Under the pieces are notes generated by a model. That model was not told where the DNA came from and did not search any database. It worked only from the letters and a program-made list of their open reading frames with translations. From Hormiphora californensis (Eukaryota; Animalia; Ctenophora): a DNA stretch of 64,000 nucleotides. Positions 25,384 through 37,088 of this stretch are shown piece by piece (position 1 is the stretch's first letter; every line of letters begins with the position of its first letter). Both the position numbers and the translations under genes were made by a program. Where the stretch lies: assembly GCA_020137815.1 (NCBI GenBank), contig CM035353.1, positions 5,022,001-5,086,000 of the forward strand. Direction: 5' to 3'.

Positions 25384-25964
25384 TATAGTACTACTACTGA
25401 CTTCAAGTCAGTATCATCCACAAGTATTTGCTCGTTAACCGAGTCATTTAATGTAGTAGTAGTACTTGTCTTAGTACTTGGTTTTTTAAACCATGAACTT
25501 GTTATTATTATTATTTGTAATTGATAACTTCTCATTTGTAATATCCATGAAGTCAACATCCTCGCAATCACTAATGTCAGACGGGGCCTTAGGGTTTTTA
25601 TCTGCTGGGTTCATATCATATCGATACACTCAACTTGTCTCTCGTCAGTGTTATCAACCGAGTGTATAATTGATATTCCGCGGTTTACTTGATATTCCGG
25701 TTCATCAGTTTGAGTGCATATAGCAAATCCTTCCACCAACAAAATATATCTTCATCTGGTTCTGAGAAGTAGATGAAGATTTTTCAGTAATGTTTTGTTT
25801 TAAACTTTAAAAAGTTAAAAATTTAGTTTCAGAAAGGAAAAGTTATTGTAATTATAGCGTACATAGTTTTCAAATTACAGTCCACAGTTACATACATTGC
25901 TTCCGAGCAAGTTTAACCTTCAGTTCTTATGCTCGGGTTTTAGGGTCAAGGTTTAGTCCTGTTT

Positions 25965-26603
25965 TTAGTTATTGAAGAACCATCCTGACTCCAGAATCAC
26001 ACCAATGTCTCGCAGAATGGTCGGGACAGTTTGCCCAACTTCACCCTCGGAACATGTGCTATAAGCCAGGAGAAGTCTGGACGTATCCAAACCCCTGATC
26101 TTCCGATAACGGTTCAGTGCTTCACGTTTGAGGAAATTACCTCCTCTTCCCGACTTCATGATTAGGGCAGAATGCAGCTCCGCATCGGCCACTTGGTATG
26201 CGGCTGCCCGGACCCCGAACTCAATTCTGCGGCCTAGTCGCAGAACAAGTTTTTTTGCCTCATTGAGGTTGTTTATTTTCAGGTTTTTCTCACGGTTTAT
26301 AGCTCCGTTCCACTCAGAGGTGCATATGGTCTGCACCTGATCCGGGAGAGTTTCAACGAAAAATCCTTGGTAACCGATCCTCCAATCGTTACGATTCCTT
26401 AGTGGATCCCTATCGGGCCTCCCATCTGTCGGTATAAAGTTGGCCAGTTCCAAACCCTCTGTTTCCTCCGTATCCGCGGATAAGTTTTCTCGATTAAGTC
26501 GGGAAAATGTAGCTTCACGTCGTGTTGACCAACAACAACAACATATTGAGCAACTTGTTTCTACATGATATTCAAATTTATTATAATATACACTGTCTAT
26601 CAT
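25965..26603 (-). CDS. Unidentified protein, member of a local multicopy family ('family X'); coding status uncertain
   Basis: 212-codon open frame; peptide similarity to 36584-37042 and 31330-31480. Confidence 0.45.
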   Translation of the reverse strand: MIDSVYYNKFEYHVETSCSICCCCWSTRREATFSRLNRENLSADTEETEGLELANFIPTDGRPDRDPLRNRNDWRIGYQGFFVETLPDQVQTICTSEWNGAINREKNLKINNLNEAKKLVLRLGRRIEFGVRAAAYQVADAELHSALIMKSGRGGNFLKREALNRYRKIRGLDTSRLLLAYSTCSEGEVGQTVPTILRDIGVILESGWFFNN

Positions 26604-27369
26604 AATTTCCCGAAAGATGAATGAAAAGTTTTATGCCAATCAAATCTACAAATTGTAGTACAATGGTTATGTTTATAATTTTAATGAAGTTAAAAATACT
26701 CTATAGAAAAAAGATGATACAGGCCAGAAAATATGATTGAAGATATAACAGAAATGATGAAAAAAATGTAATCTGTTAAAGATTTTTAAATGAAAAAACA
26801 AAATGATAAACGATCTAACAGAATTAAAGGAAAAATAAATGATTAATAAGAATTACATGAAACTTAATACAGTAAAGAATGGATCAGACGTATAATTATA
26901 AACTATATTGGGTGAGTACAGTACACTCTGGCTCCCAGTGAATTCCCTGTCCTCTTGATCTCAGGTATTCTTCAGCGCACCTATCTGACAAACAATGATC
27001 CCCATGGTGACATTGTCTGTACAAGTTGTCACTCCCCTTCACCACTGGTGGTGGAGAGTGATCCTCAGGAGGCCGGGGTTTCGGTTTCGGTTTGTCCCTT
27101 GCCATCCAATAGTCTCGCTAAAAATAAGATGGGTAAGCAAGGGAAAGGACATCAAAGGAAGGGGTAACGGGTATAGGACAAAGGAACTGGAATATAATGA
27201 AACAATTATATGAGATAAGTAGGAAAAGTTTAAAGTAGGTATAAAATGATAATAAATAAAATGAACATCTCTCTCCCTCCTGTACCCAAACATAATAATT
27301 AACATACAAACAATACAACTTACAAACACAACTTACAATACATACACACACTCACACTTATACAGTTCC

Positions 27370-29400
27370 TCAATCACCCTCTCGGCGTCCACGGTTGAGG
27401 GGTTTTAGCTTCGCTACACTCACGATAGAAGGCTTTCTACCGGTCTGTATACTCTAAGGGGATAGGTCCCTTCCATCTTGGAGCGAATTTGTGTACCGGA
27501 CAGTTGATCTTGACATATACTTGTTCTCCAATGGAGAACTCTGGGTCCCAGATCTTCTTATCATACTGTCTCTTCATGCAGGCAATCTGGCTATTAACTT
27601 TCTTTCTGACCTTCCATGCTGTGCGTCTCAACTGCTTGGAGCGCTGGTACACCTGTTCCGGGATGTTGGTCTGTCTTCTTGCTTTGGCTGCGTTCTCGTT
27701 GAGAAGCAGTGTTTCCGGAATATTCGCATCCGTGCCGAAAACCAGTTTGTAGGGTGCATATCCTGTTCTGCTACTTTTCATGTTGTTGATTATGAAACAG
27801 GCGTTCTGAAGTTGGCTGTCCCACTCTGCTGGCTCACGGTCCTCTAGAAGTGTTCTCATCACCGCGTTGATCCTCTTGTTGGTCGCCTCTGCTCTGGCAG
27901 TGCTCTTGGCTGTGTAAGGTGATCCGAAAGTAACCTTAACACCCCACTGCTCGAAGAAGGCTGTGAATGCTACTCCTCTGAATCCGGTAGGCGGTAAATG
28001 TTAACCAGATCTGTGAGAATTTCGCACGTTTTTGCCCATAACTCCGCCATTTCTTGACCAATTTGCAAAATCTTTGGCTCATTGGAAAGAGGACATCGAG
28101 ATCTCTCAAATGAGCTCAAGAAAATGAAAATCTCAATGTCCCCTTTCCAACGCACCCAAGATTTTGCAAATTGGTCAAGAAATGACTGAGTTATGGACAA
28201 AAACGTGGTTTTGCACGTACGTTTTCTCTCAGATCTGGTTAACATTTACCGCCTACCTCTGAATCCCTGGTGGTTGTCTGCCACGATTTCTCTTGGAATT
28301 CCAAAGATACCACACCAGCGTGTAACAATGGCTTCTCTGCTTTCAACACTCGTTTGTGTTTTGACTGCTACTGCTACCGTGAAGTTGGACCATGCATCTG
28401 TTATAGTCAAGATGGCTGTGTTTCCGTTTCTTGTAGATCCCGGGACAATATGGTCTATCAAGATAGCATCACTGTAGCCATCGCCGCCTTAGAATAAGCT
28501 TGGGGTTGCTTATTTCTTCCGCATGTTGTGCAAGCAGCGATGAATTCTTGGGCGTCCTCGATCATGTTGGGCCAATAATAAAAGTGTCTAGCCACATTGG
28601 TTGTAGCCTCCGCTCCACCATGACCTGTAACTTCCGTGTGGATTCGCTTCAGAACCCGTTCCCTCTCAGTGGAGGGTACAATTATCAACCACCTTTCCTC
28701 TAGCGACGGTAGCTCTTTCCATCGACGTTCCAACACCTCGTCTTCAATCCTCAGTAGGGGGAAGTGCTTGTATAGGGTGAAGAGTTCTCTGGGCGCACGG
28801 TTGGCCTGTAAAACCCCTTTATCTCCTTTCTTTATCCACTGCTGCACCTCTTCTAAAATATCATCCTGCTTCTGCGTGCAGGCCCATTCCTCTCTTGTCA
28901 TTATTTTATCATTCGGCTCTGTTACTGTCATTACGGTCACCGGCTTGTGACCTTCTTCCTCGTTGCATGTACATTCTTCTTCTTCGCTCATTTCTCCACT
29001 GGAGATTTTGCTCAGCTTCACTTCACACTCTTCTTCTAGGAACCATGTGTCGGTAACTATAGGATTGGCAAATCTAACTTGCTTGTAGATCACTTCTTCT
29101 TCTTATGTTGATTCAGCTGCTGTGAATCCTTCCTTTAACTGATATATCCCGGTCTCTTCCTCCGTCTCCGCTGGAGAGTATTCCTCCTCCTCTTTCTCTG
29201 GTGTTATATCTTCTCTGTCAGTGCACGTCTCCTCTGGAGAGTGGTCTTCTTCCGTCTGCACACCCATCTCCACCGACCTTGCCATGTGAGGGAACCGGGA
29301 TAGGAAGTCCACTAGTTGGTTCTCTCCTCGATTATGGTATCCTCAATGAGCTAGAGTCTGTACCCTGTCCAAGTGCACTGTATGGGGGCCGATAGTTCAG
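27370..29400 (-). mobile_element. Ty3/Gypsy pol remnant: RNase H end, integrase H2C2 finger, DDE core, GPY/F-like tail
   Basis: ENQLVDFLSRFP; HTEVTGHGG...YYWPNM...CTTC; IDH...FGIPREIVADNHQGF|...SPYTAKSTARAEATNKRI; TGYAPYKLVFG; KFAPRWKGP; broken by stops, frameshifts and a MITE. Confidence 0.9.
27986..28257. mobile_element. MULE-type MITE with 9-bp TSD inside the integrase core
   Basis: TCTGAATCC|GGTAGGCGGTAAATGTTAACCAGATCTG...CAGATCTGGTTAACATTTACCGCCTACC|TCTGAATCC. Confidence 0.95.
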
Positions 29401-29781
29401 TTACCATTTAAGACCTTTTGTCAACCAATATGTCAAGATAGGATGAGAGAACCGCTATGAATGGCAACTGCTCTTCGAACCAATCGAGAGTACTTGTCTA
29501 TTTAGTCGGTATATAAATCCATTTTGTTGTTGTTGTTGTTGTTGTATAGAGAGTGCCCCACCAATCCTCTGTAGTATTATGTAGATACTACACATTTGCT
29601 TGGGTTATCTTCCATTAACTGAACTTCCTCCGATTCTGAAATCTGCTGTTCGGGTACTGGTTCATCATACTCAGTAGCTGCAGTACCCCACTCTATGAAA
29701 GTGTATCTCTGGATCTGTACGTCACCCATATAAAGTGGAAGAATAAGTGACTTAAATACAAGCCTTTTATCACTATAGTAT

Positions 29782-29962
29782 CACGGTCGCTTGTAGTGGG
29801 AAAACGGTAATGGAAAACGAAAGATACAGTAAGACGACACGCAACCGTGACCAATCAGGGCGCTAGTACGTGCTGACACATGAACTTTTTGCCGCGCGTT
29901 ATGCACCGTGCGCGTCTCCTTACTGTATTTTCATTACGGTAATTTGACTACAAGCAGCACTG
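29782..29962 (+). mobile_element. ~180-bp MITE (CACGG...CACTG), 3-bp TSD TAT
   Basis: Same family as 50116, 50974 and 51760; flanked by TAT/TAT. Confidence 0.85.
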
Positions 29963-30099
29963 TATCAGACAACTTCAAAGTGTCTTATAGTTTCTCTTTA
30001 ATGTTTTAAAAACATAAAAAATAAAATGTATTTTAACACACTAAAAAATTGTCTTTCAACACTCAATTATATATTAAATTAAGTTCCTCAGAGGCAGGA

Positions 30100-30668
30100 T
30101 CATGTCCGATTTGAGAATTCCAGCAACTCCTCGTTCCTCCCTTGCACAATTACAAAAAACTTTGATCGCTCTGCTATTACCAACTCAGTTGGCATCACTC
30201 CCTCTTCGAGCAGGGCTGATAGCTCGTCGAAGGTCTTCTTGGATGGGGCCTCGGGATAAGTCAGGTCCTGCAAAAGCTTATAGCCTCCTTTTCCAATGTG
30301 TACAAGCAGGGATGCAACCCTCCGCTCTGGAGTAGCTTCATTCAGGATAAATAGTTGCGTTAACCGGTCCAACCATCCTCTTAAAGAGTCAGCTTGTCCG
30401 TCCCAAGCTTCTATGCTGCTTACCATCTTCGTCGCCATTTGTTCTACCTTGCTAATTGGAGAGAACTGATTAACTAGGATCTATGATAACTTTGATTGGT
30501 GATAACTTTGATTCTGTTGACAGCTAACACATGCTTTGATTTGTTGTTTAGGAACTGTTAAAATATATAAAAACGTCGGACAAATTGGAATAAATAAATC
30601 TCGCTCTGCCAGCGCGCGCGGCCTCGTACAACTACAAAAGTTAGAAGCCGCGCGTGCTGACCCTAACA
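30100..30668 (-). mobile_element. Ty3/Gypsy (Mag-like) 5' LTR (30440-30668), PBS and gag N-terminus
   Basis: 229-bp TG...CA LTR; TGGCGACGAAG PBS; gag ...LLVHIGKGGYKLLQDLTYPEAPSKKTFDELSALL...VIAERSKFF..Q. Confidence 0.9.
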
Positions 30669-30920
30669 GTTGGTCAAACAGGACTAGTAGAAATAAAATA
30701 GGAATATTTTCACCTCCTTTCCAGCAGGGAGAATGTCCCTGTCCTCCTCGACTTCGGGCCGGATGTCGACAATGTCATTAAGTATCTCACGTGTGAAACT
30801 GGATTCGGATTAGTTACCAAATATATGTTAAACAACTTGTCATACCCCCCCCCCCCCGAATTATTCACTCCGTTCCCTCTCCCCTTCTGTCGATCAATTC
30901 TAAGTGGACCTAATTCGTAC

Positions 30921-31055
30921 TAAAGTGAAAGCGAAACAACAACGAACTGGCTGCGTGTCAAACAACGTTGCGCATGTGAATCTCACCGGTGAGATTGTTA
31001 TGCTCAACGAATGCGCAATGCGCAGGCAGTTCGTTGTTGTTTCGCTTTCACTTTA
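30921..31055. mobile_element. 135-bp hairpin MITE
   Basis: TAAAGTGAAAGCGAAACAACAACGAACTG ... CAGTTCGTTGTTGTTTCGCTTTCACTTTA. Confidence 0.75.
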
Positions 31056-31319
31056 TTAAGCTTTTATGTAAGGCGACTCTGCGCCCCCTACTCTAATTAT
31101 CCCGGCGACTTCACCCAAGTATCAATAGATTAATAAAATAATTATACTTCAAGAACGGCAAAAAATACTAGAATGGCCATGCGTTCCGTGTTTTAATTGC
31201 GTGGTTAATGTTTATTCCGTTTAATACCAGTTGCGTGTTGGCAAATCCTTCCACCAACAATAAATATTTTCATCTGTTTCTTATAACTAAATGAAGTTTG
31301 TTGAGTTCAGGTTTAGTCA

Positions 31320-31485
31320 GACCGCAGGTTTTTGAGGAAGTGTCCAGGTTCGAGTATTATTCCCAAATCTCGGAGAATGGACTCAGTGGACTAGGGTTGC
31401 TCTCCGATTGCGAGCATGTCGCATAGGCGAGCAATAACCTAGAGGACTCCAGACCCCTGGGTTTTATCTTGGCACACCTCAGAGT
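31320..31485 (-). pseudogene. Family X C-terminal fragment
   Basis: RGLESSRLLLAYATCS and ILRDLGIILEPGHF versus RGLDTSRLLLAYSTCS and ILRDIGVILESGWF at 25965. Confidence 0.6.
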
Positions 31486-33334
31486 TCAGGTCACATCGCA
31501 GGTTCATGAGCAGTCAAGATGATTCAAGACCCCGGTTGGGTCACTAGATAGTAGATTTGTTTTGATTGCGTGGTTAATGGTTATTCCGCTTTAGCAGTTG
31601 CATGTATATATGTTATATAGTATCTGCGGATATCCGTACGTCTTTTCATGGAAAACAATCTGAACACTGTTTTCTATTTATAAATGACAAAGCATTTACA
31701 AATAAAACTTATATACCTTCAGTAGTATTATAACCTTTAATATCATCACTCAACATATAATATGACGTACCCTTTATATATATTATAAAGATCCACAGCT
31801 TATATATAATGTGGCAGTGAGTTGTACCAACCCGCACTGATTGTACCAACCCGTGCACTTACTTCACCCTTTCTTCTGTCTTATCTTTAAATTCAAACGA
31901 CTTGTTGAGATGATAATTTTCTACAATTATTGCATCTTTTATCAGCTGAGGGGGTCTAAACACTCGACTGTTCACCTATACTAGTGCAACAGTCTGCCAG
32001 GAAAGGAATCGTGTACCTGGAACAATGTAAATTATTTTGGTCACTTATCCTCAATTCTCATGTTATTCCCATGATATTCTCATGCTATCAAACTAACCGT
32101 CGAAGCCGAGTGTGCATGAAAAACCCCTTACATGAGGCATACATTTATGCCTCATGTAATTACATGTAAGAGGTTTTTCTTGCACTTCTCGTTTATATGA
32201 AATAAGTGATCCACACACGAGTTACATACTTATATTAATAATCGCGTATACCTACTACTAAAATAAAGCTATAATACACTCTATGAATATTTAATTTAAC
32301 ACATTATGTTGAACAATAGGGAAGCTTCGCTGGCGCAATACTCCAGTCGTATCCCACCACGAGCTGCCCGGCCCGTATCTTATCAGCCGATATCTCCACG
32401 GCTCCGGTGGCCCGGAAACCGTGTGATACACGATACTACCAGCTGCCCCCTCTCGTGTAGCCGGCCACGTTTTAGTTCTTCTCAGCTCCCCCTCTCGCTC
32501 CTTTTCCCTCTTACTTTCCCTCTTGACGCATTCTCCTCATGTATATATTGGCAGACAATAAACATAACCGATATATAAAGCATACTTATTGGGTCCTACA
32601 ATTAGTGGGTGTTTGTAGAGCCACGAAATCCATATAGAGTCAATTTCGTGTCCTACAGGTGATCCGGAGTCTTATGTTTGCCAGACTTCTCTTTGAAATA
32701 GTCTTTTTTCAAACTCAAACATGAACGACCTGTCGAAAATGGGATCAAAAATACACGGGGCCAGTATCATAAGAGTCTACTTATAGTGTAGTATTGACAC
32801 TGTGTCATCTCGTGAAGGTCTCGTTGAGATGTTGTCATGATCAGATAATAAGAGTTAAAATGAAAGATATCATCAAACTGACGACTGTTATTTCCATCCA
32901 CTTGGGAAGATGAAGGACGAAGGTGGAGGAGATCGTTTCACTATGGAAGATCGAGATTTAGAAAATCGTTCGATCAGGGGAGGCGTTTAACCCTTGAAGA
33001 TCATCGATAATGTTGCGCCCAATTGTGTAGTTGTCTGGGCCATGGGTCATGTTCTGTCCAAATATTCCCTGCTCGATCTTCTCAAACAGGGACCTTTTTT
33101 TTCTCGTTTATACAGCTATACTACTATAATGCTATAATAAGTAATATGAATGTTTAATTTAACACAGTATGAACATTATCCAGTACATTTTCAGTTTGCT
33201 GCATATCCTCAATCAGAGACTTTATTTCTCCTTCCATCTGATCGAGGCATACACGAGTCCTTTGATTATTACTAATAGACTGAATTCGTGCTATTATGAA
33301 GGTCCGGTACTATACTCTTTAAATTCGCTTTATA

Positions 33335-33745
33335 GCATCCCTTAGTACCAAGGTTCCTCTTCCGAGCCCTCCATGAAAACCAGTACATCCTCTTTTTTGC
33401 AATAAACTATAGCTTGCGTATTATATTCTATGGGGTTCCAGATAGGACTTTATTACCTACCTTATAGTAGAAATGAAAGAAATTGAAGTTCCTTATCCAG
33501 TGTCCTATCATAAATTCCTTTTATTACACGGTCAAGGTTGTCCCCAATCAGTTTGTAGGAAATATTCTTGTACTCAAGAAGGGTAGCTGTACTAGATTGT
33601 GCAATGCACAGTCCACCGAGCCTGTTTATCGCCATCGTGGCGTCTTTGGATTTCGTAAATTGGAAAAAGGGCATTTTTCCAATACTCTCGAGTTGAACGT
33701 GTGTTTTCTTATCAGAATTCCAGACTAACGTCTTCACCAACAAAT
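33335..33745 (-). mobile_element. Academ/DUF6589-like transposase fragment; duplicated at ~36005-36312
   Basis: INRLGGLCIAQSST...YKLIGDNLDRVIK...LQFFHFY resembles the RLNxLGxCxS and GDNxD...HxFHxY segments of Academ-type transposases (from recall). Confidence 0.5.
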
Positions 33746-34104
33746 CATTTGTCTCTGCACCAGCCGATTTGACGATAAACTTATGTCATATTTTGTTGCT
33801 AGCAGATTATGTATCATCTTCCGTACTGCATTTTTGTCGTAGTTTATGGTCGGGAAAATCAAGTTTTCCTTTTCCATCTCTTTTTCTAACAGAGCGTGAG
33901 TACGTCTGTGTTGAGCTCCAACATAGATTCGACAGTTTCGTTTAAGGTGTATCGGCCCCCACGTCCGGATTTAAAAATTAAAATTGTGTGGAGCTCTTCG
34001 TCTGCCAGTTGGGAAGTTGGAGCGACAATTTATTTATCCTGTAGTCCAAGTTACGGAATCTGAATCTGTATCTGTTCCTTTATCTAAAACTATCTTACAA
34101 TCGA

Positions 34105-34383
34105 CTATGTATTGCTATAATTTATATATCTAATAAATATTATTACTCCTATAATGCCACCAATGTAAAGCAGTACAATTATCCCTATAGCTATACTTAA
34201 ACCTATATTGAAATGGTCTTTATATTTATTGTTAAACAACGGAATGAAAGCACTTGAAAGGGTGGTATTATACTTTAAGCTTAACTCATTAATATGCTGT
34301 ATGGTAGTAGCCAACCGCTCCATTTCCTCATCAACGTTCCAGTCCAGTTCTGCATCCGGATCTGGTGGCTGGGTGCTCCCCAT
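34105..34383 (-). other. Small chimeric ORF: family-X-type N-terminus fused to a hydrophobic TM-like tail
   Basis: MGSTQPPDPDAELDWNVDEE versus MGSNSPDPEVDVEWNVDEE (ORF 36584-37042); tail IGLSIAIGIIVLLYIGGIIGVIIFI. Confidence 0.35.
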
Positions 34384-34533
34384 CTGCCGTAGTATTCTAA
34401 AAAGTCTACAATTAGGGAAGTTGGAGCGTCAATTTATTTATCCTGTAGTCCAAGTAACGGAATCTGAATCTGTATCTGTTCCTTTATCTAAAACAATCGA
34501 CTATGTATTGCTATAATCTATAATCTATATATA

Positions 34534-35882
34534 CCGTAAGTTGGGGTAACTTTGTACCACTTTTTAGCATTCTCCTAAAATAACTCCTTGCCAGAACCAC
34601 ACTCAAAAATTTTTGAACCAAATAATCCCGTTCCAGACCCAGTACACCAGATATAACTAGTGAAATTTTTGGTCCCGTCCCATTTAATTAGATTAATTAA
34701 CACGTATTTTAGTGTAAGTGGGGTTTTAGGGCATGGGGTAACTTTGGAATGAGGGTGGGGTAACTTTGGACACATTTTGCAATGATAAATAAATGAACAT
34801 AAAATGTTTAGGTTTTCGATTTGAGCGTTTGTAGAGTTGCCTTAGACCCTATCTGACTTGTTAAGGACCATATGACCATGATTCAGCCAAATCCACACCC
34901 GTTTTCATCCATCTACTCGCTAAATGTAGTGAATAAACGAGGATTTGGTCTATTTTATGGAGCTAAATCACAAACAACCGTCCTAAAACACATCAAACTT
35001 CAATAATTTGGGGTCCCTCATCCACCCTCTAGCTTGGTAGGTGGTATTGGGCCCCTAGGCGGCAGTATTAGTTCTTTTTACTGAATTGGACCGCCAGGAA
35101 GTGGCCGGACACTCATGGGTACTGGCTAAATAAAGGAGTTTTGGTGCCTGTGTTACTGCATAGAATGTCCACAAGAACTAATAGACTCGCCTAGAGGGTC
35201 AATACCATCTACCAAGCTACAGAATGGATGAGGGACCCCAAATTATTGAAGTTTGATGGGTTTCAGGTCGGATTTCTATGATTTAGCTCCATAAAGTAGA
35301 ACCAATTCTGTTTTTTTTACTACCTTAGCGAATAGATGGATGAAAACGGGCATGGATCGGGCTAAATCTTGGTCAGATGGTTCTAAACAAGTCAGAGAGG
35401 GTTTAATTCAACTCTGCAGACATCAAAAGTTCAAAACATGTAGTATGGGGTAACTTTGGCACCCCGTCCAAAGTTACCCCAAAATTCAAAATATGGTGGG
35501 GTAACATTAGCCACCCCAATTAGTCTCAATTAAAGTAATTGGTCGGATTTGAAAAATGGTGCCCCGAATTATTTGATCGAAACCCTTCCATTCTATGGAG
35601 CAAACTTGATTCGATCATTTGCCCGGTCAGATCTATGGTACCCATTTTGATTTGAACATTTTTAGCCATTTTGACATCAATTATGTTTGACCCTAATTAG
35701 GAGCTAATTAGCATAGACTTGGAAAAAATAATTGTACCGTTAGTTAGACATTTGTGGGTCAGTTACTTGTACACCCAAAAATTTTTCCAAATCTCTCGTT
35801 ATCTGTTGGTAATTTTGGACTAAAGCCAAATTTTGAAAGTGTCCAAAGTTACCCTGCAAAACAAAGTTACCCCAGATTACGG
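34534..35882. mobile_element. pogo/Tc1-type non-autonomous element, TA TSD, internal degenerate palindrome at 34835-35415
   Basis: TA|CCGTAAGTTGGGGTAACTTTG...CAAAGTTACCCCAGATTACGG|TA. Confidence 0.9.
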
Positions 35883-36583
35883 TACATATCTAATAAATGT
35901 ATTATGACCCAGTATTATCCACCCAGTATTATCAGTAATACCCAGTATTACCAGTAATACCCAGTAATAACCATCTTGTCAGGTAACTAGGGATTCTCGG
36001 AAGAATAGCATCCCTTAGTACCAAGGTTCCTCTTCCGAGCCCTCCATGAAAACCAGTACATCCTCTTTTTTGCAATAAACTATAGCTTGCGTATTATAAT
36101 ATAATTTATATTCTATGGGGTTCCAGATAGGACTTTATTACCTACCTTACAGTAGAAATGAAAGAATTGAAGTTCCTTATCAAGTGTCCCATCATAAATT
36201 CCTTTTATTACACGGTCAAGGTTGTCCCCAATCATTTTGTAAGAGATATTCTTGTACTCAAGAAGGGTAGCTGTACTAGATTGTGCAATGCACAGTCCAC
36301 CGAGCCTGTTTATCTTAAAAAGCAGTTGCAGCAAATTGAACAATGTTTCGAAATTCAATGACGGCCCGTGTTCCTTCCTCTTCTGTCTGGCACGACAGTT
36401 GGCCTTACGTTCAACACGTGTTAGGTCAGGGTTGACATTGCTCCGTCGCGACGGACCTTATGCTCGGGTTTTAGGGTCAAGGTTTAGTCCTGTTTTAAGT
36501 TATTGAAGAACCATCCTAACTCCTTTGTCTTCTCATGTTGGTTGTGCCGTTCGCGTTGAGGCGAACGAGATCGGTACTGACCC

Positions 36584-37042
36584 TCAGTTTGATCCGCTCC
36601 TCCATGAGAAAGTCTCCTGCAGATTGCCAGAGGCTACCATGTAAGAAATCTCCCTCACTGCTATCTCAAGCGAGATGGCAGTCAGCTTAACCAAGTTTAA
36701 CGCATCTTCCGCCGTGTCCGCGAACTTCCCATCAGCTTTATCAAGTGCATCATTGATCTTTATCCTGCTTTCCTCCACAAATGCTCTTGGGAAAAGGCCA
36801 GTAAACTCTTGAAGGTTCAACCTCCATTTCCGCATGTTGCGGGGAGTAGTTGTTGGACGGGACTCGAAGGTTGCACGATATTGCATGGCCCCATTGTTCT
36901 TCGTTGTCGCTTCTAGATTAAGCTCCTGTCGCCTCAACGGTGCTATCAAGCGCTCTCTCATGTTGCTCTCTTCATCCACATTCCATTCCACGTCCACTTC
37001 TGGATCTGGAGAGTTGCTCCCCATGTACAAGTCTGCTACCAA
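36584..37042 (-). CDS. Unidentified protein, family X member; coding status uncertain
   Basis: RNMRKWRLNLQEF...ALNLVKLTAISLEIAVREISYMVASGNL aligns by eye with RNRNDWRIGYQGF...AKKLVLRLGRRIEFGVRAAAYQVADAEL; ~65 bp of 3' sequence shared with 25927-25993. Confidence 0.45.
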   Translation of the reverse strand: MVADLYMGSNSPDPEVDVEWNVDEESNMRERLIAPLRRQELNLEATTKNNGAMQYRATFESRPTTTPRNMRKWRLNLQEFTGLFPRAFVEESRIKINDALDKADGKFADTAEDALNLVKLTAISLEIAVREISYMVASGNLQETFSWRSGSN

Positions 37043-37088
37043 TGTCTTCTAAACTACAATTAGGGAAGTTGGAGCGTCAATTTATTTA

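Noticed and set aside
30921-31055. Pre-miRNA-like hairpin (also 32107-32191)
   Set aside because: Better explained as short MITEs or palindromes; there is no expression evidence.
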